From: an uncultured Acidobacteriota bacterium | GTDB lineage: Bacteria; Acidobacteriota; Vicinamibacteria; Vicinamibacterales; 2-12-FULL-66-21 | Reading direction: 5' to 3' | Length of the DNA stretch: 64,000 nucleotides | Assembly (NCBI GenBank): GCA_963742265.1 | Contig: CAVULC010000002.1 | Span: 243,016-307,015 of the forward strand | Shown: positions 1 through 8,695 of the stretch, piece by piece | How positions within the stretch are numbered: position 1 is the stretch's first letter | Layout: every line of letters starts with the position of its first letter | Program-made: the position numbers and the translations under genes | Notes under the pieces: model-generated | The model's database searches: none | What the model saw: only the letters and a program-made list of their open reading frames with translations | What the model was told of the DNA's origin: nothing

Positions 1-484
1 AGGTCTCGTCGAGCGCGGCGAGGTCGATGCCGTCCGCTTCCTGGCGCACACCGACCATGCGGGCCTGGACGTTACGAAATGCGGTGATCGCGCCGGTGTA
101 AGTCGGCAGTTCCACGAGTACCACGTCACCCGGATCGAGCAGGACGCGAGCGACGAGGTCGAGGCCCTGCTGCGACCCCGTGGTCACCAGCAGGTGTTCC
201 AGCGCAGTGGCCACGCCGCGTGCGGACATGATTTCAGCGATCGCGCCGAGCAGCGGCCGGTGGCCGCGCGTTGGCCCGTATTGCAGCACGCTGCCGTCGG
301 CCCCCGTCAGCAGTTCCCTTGTGATCTCGGTGAACTCCGCCCACGGAAAGGTGTCTGGTGCGGGGTAGCCGGGTGCAAAGGAGATGATGTCGCGCGATTG
401 CGCGAGCACGGTGCCCATCCGCCGTATCGCGGATTCCTGCATCTGCTCGGCGGCGCGGGATAGAAAGTCGTCGTAATTGATCAT
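1..484 (-). CDS. PLP-dependent aminotransferase, class I/II (2-aminoadipate/MocR-like), N-terminal part; 3' end lies outside the window
   Basis: Absent from the ORF track because it runs off the window edge. Minus-strand translation from ATG (484..482) gives MINYDDFLSRAAEQMQESAIRRMG..ISFAPGYPAPDTFPW..LQYGPTRGHRPLL..TTGSQQGLDLVARVLLDPGD..VELPTYTG, the conserved N-terminal half of this family. ATGA start/stop overlap with the upstream gene. Confidence 0.8.
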   Translation of the reverse strand, partial: MINYDDFLSRAAEQMQESAIRRMGTVLAQSRDIISFAPGYPAPDTFPWAEFTEITRELLTGADGSVLQYGPTRGHRPLLGAIAEIMSARGVATALEHLLVTTGSQQGLDLVARVLLDPGDVVLVELPTYTGAITAFRNVQARMVGVRQEADGIDLAALDET

Positions 485-1527
485 GCCGACCGTTGTCCAG
501 TGTGGTCCGGCTGCAGGCGGACGCTCCCGGTGAAACCCGGTACATCGCCAAGCCGTGGTGAGGTGCGTTCCGAATAGAGTCGATACTGAGACAAGTACGC
601 GCCCAGGGCTGCCAGCCCCAGGTATTGAAATACGAACCCGCGCAACAGCCACGCGGCTACCTGCAGGGGCAATGCCGCCAGCCCGGCGAACGGAACGAAT
701 GCGACCAGGCCCAGCCCCGCGGTGGCGAGGATGGACGCCATAGTGGCGAGTGTCACGAGAAGCAGGACGATGCCGAAGATGGCGGCGATCTCGCGCAGCG
801 AACTCCTGACGAACAGCAGAACGCGCCCGGCAGCGGTGCGCACGCTCACGTCTTCCACCGCGATGATCATCTGCGTGAGCAGGTATCCGAGATTGATCAG
901 CGTGATCCAGACGACCAGCACACTCGAGGCGAGCGCAGCGACGACCGTCCACCCGAGCAGCACGGGCGTGTCGGCAAAGAGCGCGTAGCCGCCAATGACA
1001 ATGGTGAGGTACACGATAGTGGTGACCGTGTAGGCGAGGAGGAGGCACCCGCCAAGGCGGACATACCGGCGCCAGAGATGGCGGCAGCCATCGAGGAATG
1101 GGTCGATGTGGACCCGGTTCAGGCGCTTCACCGCCTGGAAGCGAAGCGGCGGGCGCTCGATCGATCCGGCGCCGCGCTCCGCATCCGCGAGCAGCGTCAT
1201 CGTTCCGCCCTTCACGATGAACGTGAGGACGGAGCCGGCGAGCATTACCAGCAGAAACGCGAACACGAACGCCACCATTGCGACCGGGTTCGACTGCAGG
1301 GCACCGAAGACGGTGGCGGCGATATCGCGGAGGTTGCCTGCGAGGATCTCGTCGATATCGGCGTCCAGCAGCAGGACTACGAGGAACAGTCCGCCGATCG
1401 TCGGGACGGCCAGCAGCAGTTTGAGCGTCGCTTCTGTGACGAACTGCACCGCCACGAGCGGCCAGTTGGCAGCGGCGATGAGCGCCCCGCGTTTGAGCGC
1501 GGGCTTCAAAGGGAGCGAGTGGGTCAT
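481..1527 (-). CDS. polytopic integral membrane protein, function unknown
   Basis: 348-aa ORF with several long hydrophobic segments (LLLAVPTIGGLFLVVLLL, VAMVAFVFAFLLVMLAGSVL, IVYLTIVIGGYALF, FGIVLLLVTLATMASILA). I recognise no named motif. Its stop overlaps the aminotransferase start. Confidence 0.6.
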   Translation of the reverse strand: MTHSLPLKPALKRGALIAAANWPLVAVQFVTEATLKLLLAVPTIGGLFLVVLLLDADIDEILAGNLRDIAATVFGALQSNPVAMVAFVFAFLLVMLAGSVLTFIVKGGTMTLLADAERGAGSIERPPLRFQAVKRLNRVHIDPFLDGCRHLWRRYVRLGGCLLLAYTVTTIVYLTIVIGGYALFADTPVLLGWTVVAALASSVLVVWITLINLGYLLTQMIIAVEDVSVRTAAGRVLLFVRSSLREIAAIFGIVLLLVTLATMASILATAGLGLVAFVPFAGLAALPLQVAAWLLRGFVFQYLGLAALGAYLSQYRLYSERTSPRLGDVPGFTGSVRLQPDHTGQRSA

Positions 1528-1551
1528 CGACGCGGCTCTTAAGTTTACCCT

Positions 1552-4500
1552 TTGCGGTATTCTCCTGCTGGAGTGCTTCCCTCCGAGAAATCCCGCTTTC
1601 GTGTGCGTATCGTGAGCTGGCGGCGCCTCGCTCTGGGCGGTCTGCTGCTCGCTCTCGTCACCGGGATCAGCGGACTGTCACTCGAGTGGTGGCGCTTCGG
1701 AGCCGGCACCAATGGCTCCCTCGCACGCGCGGAGCGGGAGTTACTCGGACGATTCTCGCAGATGACCTCCGTTCTCGATGGCGTCGCGTCCGCAATTGCC
1801 AACGATCCTGCGGCTGCCGCCGCATTGCAGGCCGGCCCAGACGCAGCCAAGGCCCTGTTCGACGTCGTCGATCTGCACAGCCGCAGCATTGTCGAGGCCG
1901 CCGACATTGCGGTCACCATCTTCGACAAGAACGGCAACCGTGCCTCCGCATGGGCCGGTCGTCCCTTCGACCTGCCGCTCGAACGGATCCGGGGGCCGCG
2001 CACCTGGTTCGTGACTCCCTCACCGCTCGGTCTGCGGCTGGTCCACATTCGACCGATCGGTCCGGACGACCGGCGGCTCGGTGTCGTAGCCGTCGAGCAC
2101 CCGCTGTCTCCGGGCTCGGCCGGAGCGACGATCGCCCAGGCGGAGTACACCCTGCAGACACGGGTCGGGCCGGCGTCGCTTCGCACGCAGTATGAGGGTG
2201 CGGGCGACCGCCCGCGGTCGAACTCCTTTCTCGTCCGCGCTCCCAGTGGCGAAACGCTCGTAGAGGTGTCCCTCTCCCCAGACGACATCGCTGCCGAGCG
2301 TTCCGGCGCACGGCGCGGGCTGCTGGCCGTAGTCGTTGCGGAGCTCGCGGCCACGGTGTTTCTGCTGATCGGCCCTTTGCTCGACAGACGCGCGCTGGCG
2401 CCCGAAGGCGGGTCATATCGCGTGCTGACACTCGCCGCGGCCGTTCTGCTGTTCGCGGGGGCGGGACTGGTGAACGTTGCCCTGCGGCTGGGCCTCGAGG
2501 GTGGGCCCGACCGCTACATGCTGCTTCTGTTGGGTGGGACGACCGTGGCATCGCTGGTCGCGTTGTTCGCTTCAGCAGTCCCGCGTTTGCGCCTCACGTT
2601 CCGCGGCCGCCGGGCAACAGTGCGCACGACTCGCGGCCGGTTCACGCTCGAGCAGGTGGCTGCCGGGATCGTGGTCGCGGGACTCGTCGCCTTCTTCGAC
2701 GTGGTGCTGCGCTGGGCGCTCGAAGGCGCAACCGTCGACCTTCGGCACTTCTCGCTGCACCCGTGGAGCACGGACCGTCTGACGCTGCTCGCCGCCATTC
2801 TCGCGTGCCACCTCGCTGCGCTCTGGGGCGGCACGCTCGTTCTTACCAGCGCACTCGCGCGCTGGCGGCTCGCCCGAAAACTCAACGGCGATTCGCTCCT
2901 TGCGGTTATCGCCTGGGTCGTTCCGGCCGTGGCACTCGCGGCCGTCGCCGCGGCGAATCACTGGCCGGTGCCACTCGCGGGAATGATCGCGTCGACGGCT
3001 GCCTGTTCGGCGGCGGCGATCATCGCGCACCGGGTGTGGGCATGGCTTCGTCACGCGACGGTGGCGGCGCGCATCCTGGCGGTGTTCGTCGCGTTTCTCG
3101 CCCCTGCCCTCCTGCTCTATCCGTCGGTCAGCTTCTTCACGGACCGTGCGGTTCGCGACGTCGTGGCCACGACCTACGCGGTGGAGGCGCAAAACCATCC
3201 CCAGACGCTGCAACTGCTCCTGAAGGAATCACGCGACCAGATCGATGCACTCCCGCTCGCCGAGCACGTGCGCGACAACCGGGCCCTCCAGTCAGCCGGT
3301 CCGACGACCGACAGTGCGTTCTTCATCTGGCGGCAGACGTCGCTGGCCCGCGCACGCCTGACCTCCGCGATCGAACTGTACGATGCCGCAGGCGGGCTCG
3401 TCAGCAGGTTCGCCCTCAACTTTCCCGAGTACACGACCGTCGCGCAGCCGACGCCGCCATCGGCCCCGTGTCAGTGGGATGTCTTTGGCGAGGCGGCACG
3501 GTTCGGATCCGGGGAACGCCGCATGCTTCACGCCGAACGCAGCATCTGTGAAGGCGAAGGCGCCAGCCGCCGGGTGCTCGGATCGATCGTCGTCCACGTG
3601 GTTCCGGACTACCGAACACTGCCCTTCATCACGTCCGAAAACCCTTACTTCGAAGTATTCCGTCGTGACGGCGGTGCTCCCGGTGAGGGTGTAACGGGCA
3701 ACGATGTCGACATCGCCATCTACGGATGGGGGCTGACGCCGCTCTACGCGTCCGGCGCCGCCGCGTGGTCCATTACCGACGATCTGTTTGCCCGCATCTA
3801 TCGGTCGAGAGAGCCTTTCTGGACGGACATCGCTCGCGGCGACCGCAGGTGGCACGTTTTCATCTCGAACGATCGCAACGGAATCTACGCGATCGGGTAC
3901 CCGGCACTGACGGCGTTCGACCGGCTGGTTCATCTCGCCGAGCTGACCACGCTCGCGGCATCAGCCTACGTGCTGGTGCTCTTCGTCAGTGCGCTTTTCA
4001 CCCGGGTGGCGCGAGAGCGTCCGCGCGCCGGTCGAGCTCTGCTTCGCGAGATCCGCGCCAGCTTCTACCGCAAGCTTTTCCTGGCGTTTGTCCTGGCGTC
4101 GATCATTCCGGTGCTCACGCTGGCACTTGTGATCCGGGCCTATTTCGCCGGACTGCTGCTTGCGGACGTCGAAGCGCAAGCGACGCGGTCTGCGCTGGTG
4201 GCGCAGCGAGTCATCGAGGAGTCGCAGGCGCTCCAGCGTGAAGGAGGCGAGGCGCCGGTGCCCGCCAGTGACGACGTGATGATCTGGATCGGCCAGGTCA
4301 TCGACCAGGACGTCAACATTTTCGAAGGGCCAAGCCTCGTCGCGACCAGCGAACGCGATCTCTTCGCGTCCGGATTACTCCCCACCCGGACGCCGGACGA
4401 CGTGTATCGTGCGATCGCGCTCCAGCGCCTGCCGAGTTTCGTCGGGGAAGATCGGATCGGCGCGATCACCTACATGATCGCCGCAGCACCCGTGCGCACC

Positions 4501-5493
4501 GGCGGCCGCGAGGCGATACTCACGGTGCCGCTCGCCAACCAGCAGCGCGAAATCGAGCGCGAGATCGACGAAATCGATCGCGGCGTACACCTCGCCGCGC
4601 TGTTCTTCATCCTGCTCGGCGCCGGCATCGGCTTGTCGATGGCCGAACGCATCGCTGACCCGGTGCGGCGGCTGACGCGCGCGACTCGACGCATCGCGCA
4701 AGGGGACTTCGACGAGCGGGTCGCGCTCCATTCGCAAGACGAGTTGCGCCGCCTGGTCGATGCCTTCAACAGCATGGCCTCCGAGCTGAAAGCGCAGCGC
4801 ACACAACTCGAACGCACGCACCGCCTGGAGGCGTGGGCTGAAATGGCGCGGCAGGTTGCGCACGAGATCAAGAATCCGCTGACCCCCATCCAGCTGTCGG
4901 CCGAGCATCTGCGCCGGGTGCACGCGGATCGAGGCGAGCCGCTCGGCGAAGTGCTCGACAACTGCGTGACATCCATCCTCGGGCAGGTTCGCCTGCTGCG
5001 GCAGATCTCCTCGGAGTTCTCCAGCTTCGCCGCATCCCCGACCGCCCGGCTTGCGCCAGTGAACCTGCCGGAGCTCGTCGCCGAAGTGGTGGATCCGTAT
5101 CGCACGGGCCTGGCCGGCCGCGTGAGCATCGACAATCGCGTCTCTCCCGACTTGCCGCGCGTCGTCGTCGACCGGACGCTCATTGCCCGGGCGCTCTCGA
5201 ACATCGTCGAGAATGCATTGCATGCGATGCCCGGTTCGGGATCGCTCACGCTCACCAGCGAAGTCGCCGGCGGCGAGGTCATTCTGCGTGTTCGGGATAC
5301 GGGCGTGGGAATGGACGAGGAGGCGCTGGCGCGAGTGTTCGAGCCCTACTTCTCGACCAAGGCCACAGGGACCGGTCTCGGCCTGCCGATCGCCAGGCGC
5401 AACGTTGAATTGAGCGGTGGTGCCATCGAGGTCACGAGCCGGAAAGGCGAAGGCACCGAAGTCACCCTGCGCCTCCCGCCGGTCACTGGTTAG
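1552..5493 (+). CDS. sensor histidine kinase (NtrY-like core) with a very large multi-TM/extracytoplasmic N-terminus
   Basis: Uninterrupted 1313-aa ORF. HAMP-like linker RRIAQGDFDERV, H-box EMARQVAHEIKNPLTPIQLSAEHL, N-box NIVENALHAM, G-boxes RDTGVGMD and ATGTGLGLPIARR. Confidence 0.9.
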   Translation: MRYSPAGVLPSEKSRFRVRIVSWRRLALGGLLLALVTGISGLSLEWWRFGAGTNGSLARAERELLGRFSQMTSVLDGVASAIANDPAAAAALQAGPDAAKALFDVVDLHSRSIVEAADIAVTIFDKNGNRASAWAGRPFDLPLERIRGPRTWFVTPSPLGLRLVHIRPIGPDDRRLGVVAVEHPLSPGSAGATIAQAEYTLQTRVGPASLRTQYEGAGDRPRSNSFLVRAPSGETLVEVSLSPDDIAAERSGARRGLLAVVVAELAATVFLLIGPLLDRRALAPEGGSYRVLTLAAAVLLFAGAGLVNVALRLGLEGGPDRYMLLLLGGTTVASLVALFASAVPRLRLTFRGRRATVRTTRGRFTLEQVAAGIVVAGLVAFFDVVLRWALEGATVDLRHFSLHPWSTDRLTLLAAILACHLAALWGGTLVLTSALARWRLARKLNGDSLLAVIAWVVPAVALAAVAAANHWPVPLAGMIASTAACSAAAIIAHRVWAWLRHATVAARILAVFVAFLAPALLLYPSVSFFTDRAVRDVVATTYAVEAQNHPQTLQLLLKESRDQIDALPLAEHVRDNRALQSAGPTTDSAFFIWRQTSLARARLTSAIELYDAAGGLVSRFALNFPEYTTVAQPTPPSAPCQWDVFGEAARFGSGERRMLHAERSICEGEGASRRVLGSIVVHVVPDYRTLPFITSENPYFEVFRRDGGAPGEGVTGNDVDIAIYGWGLTPLYASGAAAWSITDDLFARIYRSREPFWTDIARGDRRWHVFISNDRNGIYAIGYPALTAFDRLVHLAELTTLAASAYVLVLFVSALFTRVARERPRAGRALLREIRASFYRKLFLAFVLASIIPVLTLALVIRAYFAGLLLADVEAQATRSALVAQRVIEESQALQREGGEAPVPASDDVMIWIGQVIDQDVNIFEGPSLVATSERDLFASGLLPTRTPDDVYRAIALQRLPSFVGEDRIGAITYMIAAAPVRTGGREAILTVPLANQQREIEREIDEIDRGVHLAALFFILLGAGIGLSMAERIADPVRRLTRATRRIAQGDFDERVALHSQDELRRLVDAFNSMASELKAQRTQLERTHRLEAWAEMARQVAHEIKNPLTPIQLSAEHLRRVHADRGEPLGEVLDNCVTSILGQVRLLRQISSEFSSFAASPTARLAPVNLPELVAEVVDPYRTGLAGRVSIDNRVSPDLPRVVVDRTLIARALSNIVENALHAMPGSGSLTLTSEVAGGEVILRVRDTGVGMDEEALARVFEPYFSTKATGTGLGLPIARRNVELSGGAIEVTSRKGEGTEVTLRLPPVTG

Positions 5494-6317
5494 TGAAGCT
5501 CGCTCGTCTGCGGCGGGGCGTGAGGCTCTTCTGCGTGTCTTCGCTGCCGGCCGATCGCCCAGCTCACGACTGCCCAGGTCACGTAGGAGTACGCCATCAC
5601 GACCAGTGCCAGTCGAGGGTGCGTGGCGATCAGTGCAAAGATCGCCGCCGCGATGAACAGCGCGAAGTAGGAGCGGCGCCAGCCGACGTCGATCGCCTTC
5701 ACGCTGCGGAAACGAATGGTGCTCACCATCAGCAGTGCCGGTACGAGCACCATCGCCAACGCCGGAAGCGCCTGCCGCCACTCCGTCAGGCCAGTGGGAA
5801 ACAGGTAGACCGTCGAGGCGATCACGCCGGCTGCCGCCGGACTCGGCAGTCCAGCGAAGTATCGCTTGTCATGAACCGTATTCGTCTGGATATTGAAACG
5901 GGCAAGGCGCATCGCGGTCGCCGTCACGTAGAGAAAGCCAACCGTCCAGCCTATGCGCTGAAGCGGCCATAGCCCCCAGGTGAATGCGAGGATCGCAGGC
6001 GCCATCCCGAACGACACCACGTCAGCGAGTGAATCGAGCTGCACGCCGAAAGCCGACGACGAGTTGGTGAGACGCGCGAAAAACCCGTCCAGGGTGTCGA
6101 GCACCATGGCGATGCCGATGAGCAGCGCCGCGGTGTCGAAATCAGCGCGAGTGGCGTAGACGACGCAGGCGTAACCGCAGAACAGATTGGCGACCGTCAG
6201 CAGCGACGGAAGCAGGAACACGCCGCGCCTGAAGCGCGTCGAGCGGTCGGTGCGGCGGCGCCGCCGCGGCAGGTTATCGAGCACCGGCGCTCCTGAGCAC
6301 CGCGAGGACGGTCTCAC
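5490..6317 (-). CDS. pssA: CDP-diacylglycerol--serine O-phosphatidyltransferase
   Basis: CDP-alcohol phosphatidyltransferase signature DTLDGFFARLTNSSSAFGVQLDSLADVVSFG. It lies directly downstream of psd. The ORF-track start at 6317 overlaps psd by 44 nt; an in-frame GTG at 6284 is an alternative start. Confidence 0.9.
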   Translation of the reverse strand: MRPSSRCSGAPVLDNLPRRRRRTDRSTRFRRGVFLLPSLLTVANLFCGYACVVYATRADFDTAALLIGIAMVLDTLDGFFARLTNSSSAFGVQLDSLADVVSFGMAPAILAFTWGLWPLQRIGWTVGFLYVTATAMRLARFNIQTNTVHDKRYFAGLPSPAAAGVIASTVYLFPTGLTEWRQALPALAMVLVPALLMVSTIRFRSVKAIDVGWRRSYFALFIAAAIFALIATHPRLALVVMAYSYVTWAVVSWAIGRQRRHAEEPHAPPQTSELH

Positions 6318-6912
6318 CGCCCACCACGCGCTCGCCGACGCTCACGCGTAACTCCGCCTCCAACGGCAGGAAGACGTCCATGCGCGACCCGAACTTCATG
6401 AGACCGATGCGCTCGCCGCGCGCGAGCTGCTGCCCCTCGACGATGCGGCAGACGATGCGACGGGCGAGGATGCCGACGACCTGTCGGACGACTACGGTGT
6501 GGCCGTGGTGGTCGATCCAGATTTCGTTCAGTTCGTTGTCGTTCGAGCCCTCGTTGTAAGCCGGGAGAAAACTCCCTGGCTTGTACTTGACGCTCGTCAC
6601 CCGGCCGTCGATCGGCGTGCGGTTCATGTGAACGTCCATGGGCGAGAGGAAGATGGTGATCTGCTTCCACTCGCCTGGCGGTGCCCACCGCTGGTCGGAA
6701 GGGCCGGCGATCATCACCCGGCCGTCGGCCGGCGAGACCACCAGGTCGGCATCCTGCGGGACCTGTCGCTCGGGATCGCGGAAGAAGTAAGTGAGGAAGC
6801 CGCCGAGCAGCGCGAAAGAGGTGGCGATCACGGGACGGCGGGCGACGCCGGCAATGGCGGCTGGAACCAGGGCGCCGGCGATGAACGGATATCCTGCTCG
6901 ATCGATTTTCAT
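6274..6912 (-). CDS. psd: phosphatidylserine decarboxylase (short-form proenzyme)
   Basis: 212-aa ORF. C-terminal GERIGLMKFGSRMDVFLP carries the Gly-Ser cleavage-type motif of small Psd proteins. Synteny with pssA. Confidence 0.85.
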   Translation of the reverse strand: MKIDRAGYPFIAGALVPAAIAGVARRPVIATSFALLGGFLTYFFRDPERQVPQDADLVVSPADGRVMIAGPSDQRWAPPGEWKQITIFLSPMDVHMNRTPIDGRVTSVKYKPGSFLPAYNEGSNDNELNEIWIDHHGHTVVVRQVVGILARRIVCRIVEGQQLARGERIGLMKFGSRMDVFLPLEAELRVSVGERVVGGETVLAVLRSAGAR

Positions 6913-6990
6913 GAGTGCGAAAGCGCCCTGAAACGTGAAAGGGCCAGTGCTGCCCTCGCGAGTACCGCGCGGCGGCGCTGGCCCTGAATT

Positions 6991-7248
6991 TTATCGGGAA
7001 CGCGTCAACTGCGCGCGTGAACCGCCGACGTTCCCGTGCTTGCGCAGAAGGCCTTCCATCTGGTCTTTCAAGTAGAGCTTCTGCTTTTTGAGGGTGAGTT
7101 CTTCGACTTGTTCGGGTTCTGTCAGGTAGTGGCGATCCGCGTAGTTGTGGAGCCGTTCGTCGAGATCGTGATGCTTGCTGGCGAGCTGGCGAAACTCCTC
7201 GTCGTCCTGCAGGAGTTTGCGCTTCAACTCTTCTAAATCTGTCGGCAT
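6991..7248 (-). CDS. DUF465 (YdcH-like) coiled-coil protein
   Basis: 85 aa, DDEEFRQLASKHHDLDERLHNYADRHYLTEPEQVEELTLKKQKLYLKDQM is typical of DUF465. AAGGAGG lies just upstream of the ATG. Confidence 0.8.
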   Translation of the reverse strand: MPTDLEELKRKLLQDDEEFRQLASKHHDLDERLHNYADRHYLTEPEQVEELTLKKQKLYLKDQMEGLLRKHGNVGGSRAQLTRSR

Positions 7249-7351
7249 CTCGCCTCCTTTGCGCTTTGAACGTCAGATCCGGGGTGTCATTAATGGGACG
7301 GTAACACAAGATCAGGACGTCGTTCAAGGTTATGGATCGTGGCGTCCAACC

Positions 7352-7811
7352 TCATGGATTGAGCCACAGAATCAGCGCGTCTTCGTCGGGATTGCTGTAG
7401 TACCGCTTGCGTACGGCGGTGGCGCGGTGAAGCCGAGTCCTTCATAGAGTTTCAGCGCGGCCGTATTCGACCGGCGGACTTCCAGGGTGGCCCGGCTGAC
7501 CGCGGTTCGCTGCAGCACATGGTGCAGCAGATTCGTCGCGATGCCCCGCCGGCGCATGTCTCCGTCGACGGCGAGCGTGTTGATGTGGAGTTCCCCGGCG
7601 ATCGACCCAACACGCGCAGAACGCGACGATCTGACGTCCGTCCCTCGCGACATAGAGACGCGTGACATCCGACGAGATCATCTCGGCCAGTGCTTCGCGC
7701 GTCCACGGATTGCTGAAGGAGTTCGATTCGAGCGCGGCGATCGACAGCAAGTCTGATTCGTCCGGGAGGGACAAGCCGTTCGATCGTGATCTGCTCTGAG
7801 CTCCCGCTCAC
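7352..7811 (-). CDS. rimI: ribosomal-protein-alanine N-acetyltransferase RimI (reading frame broken about 3 times in this sequence)
   Basis: GNAT sequence recovered from several minus-strand frames: SLPDESDLLSIAALESNSFSNPWTREAL..RQIVAFCACW / VGSIAGELHINTLAVDGDMRRRGIATNLLHHVL..ATLEVRRSNTAALKLYEGLGF / VRKRYYSNPDEDALILWLNP*. GTGA overlap with the tsaB stop at 7808-7811. Confidence 0.8.
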
Positions 7812-8586
7812 GCCCCACCCGCACGCCGATCGCGCGCTAATTCAACGTCCGGCCGGCGCACGTACATCTGGCGCGACCGCGTGAGGCAGGACAGCGCGCT
7901 CAGGATGCGCGGTTGCAAGGCACGCGATCGCGCCCGCGAGTGGCGGCACCTGCTGCACGAGGTGCGCGCGTTCGCCGACGGCGGCCCGGATGCGCGTCCG
8001 CGTACTTCACCGCGCCGTCACCGCGAAAGGCCACGTCCGCGAGCGTATTCGCCGGTCCCCACGACGCAAGGACTTCGTCCGGCGTGGCGGCGATGCGTGT
8101 CGGCGCCGGAAGGGCGCACCACTTGCCGCGAGGGCAGCCCTGAAGGGCTGCGCTACGTCGCCCGTCGAGGGCGGTTCCGACAGGGCTGCACTGCGTCGAA
8201 CAACTGGGCGAAGACCTGCTTGCGCTGCGCGTCCATCCACGCAGCCACTCGCGGCGTGCCGCTCACGATGCCGGCGCGCTGCGATGGCCTCGAGCGTCGA
8301 TACGGGAACGACCTGCTTGCCCAGCGCAAACGCCAGACCCTGGATCGAGGCGATCCCCGACGCGCTAGCCGGTGAAGGACCCGGGTCCGGCTGCGACCGC
8401 GAACAGCTCGATATCGGCAGAGTCCGACACCAGCGGATGTCGCAGACATTGAGCACGTCGAGCGGCAGACGCTGCGCGTGCGAGGTGGATGGGTCGCCCA
8501 GCCATCTCGCGACAGGACGGTCTCCGTCGCGCGCAATCGCGAGACTTCCGGCCGCGCGTGGTGGTATCGAGGGCGAGGATCAGCAC
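7808..8586 (-). CDS. tsaB: tRNA threonylcarbamoyladenosine biosynthesis protein TsaB (YeaZ), frame broken at least 5 times and carrying a REP-like insert
   Basis: Family-typical pieces scattered over three frames: MLILALDTTTRG / GSLAIARDGDRPVARWLGDPSTSHAQRLPLDVLNV / ADIELFAVAAGPGSFTG / GIASIQGLAFALGKQVVPVSTLEAIA / VAAWMDAQRKQVFAQLFDA / ATPDEVLASWGPANTLADVAFRGDGAVKYAD. GTG start at 8586. Confidence 0.8.
8132..8159. repeat. REP-like palindromic element (GGGCAGCCC-TGAA-GGGCTGC-GCTACGT) inside the tsaB reading frame
   Basis: 25 of 27 nt are identical to the reverse complement of 59781..59807. The hairpin is GCAGCCC/GGGCTGC with a 4-nt loop. Confidence 0.75.
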
Positions 8587-8631
8587 GGCAAGCTCAATCC
8601 GCTCAATGTTATACTCGCCCTCTCCTAGTCA

Positions 8632-8681
8632 GCACTCATCACTCAGCACCTTAGCACTGAGCACTGAGCACCTGGCACTGA
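8632..8681. repeat. tandem array of seven 7-8-nt units (GCACTGA-like) in the tsaB/mutS divergent intergenic region
   Basis: Read directly: GCACTCA TCACTCA GCACCTTA GCACTGA GCACTGA GCACCTG GCACTGA. The array ends 14 nt before the mutS ATG (8696). Confidence 0.85.
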
Positions 8682-8695
8682 CCGCTTCAGCCCTG

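Noticed and set aside
4375-5781. 468-aa minus-strand ORF antisense to the histidine-kinase gene. Similar long antisense or out-of-frame ORFs lie at 15360..17063, 16361..18040, 22662..24215, 42358..43383, 47006..48769, 49788..51092 and 6314..7327.
   Set aside because: They lie opposite to or out of frame with genes that have unmistakable conserved motifs. Their products are Arg/Ala/Gly/Pro-rich low-complexity strings with no motif. Long stop-free alternative frames are expected in GC-rich DNA.
8629-8681. CIRCE heat-shock operator (TTAGCACTC-N9-GAGTGCTAA), suggested by TTAGCACTG and AGCACTC words in the heptamer array.
   Set aside because: Only the left half-site is approximated. The inverted partner GAGTGCTAA is absent, since all units are in direct orientation. 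The flanking genes (tsaB, mutS) are not HrcA targets.
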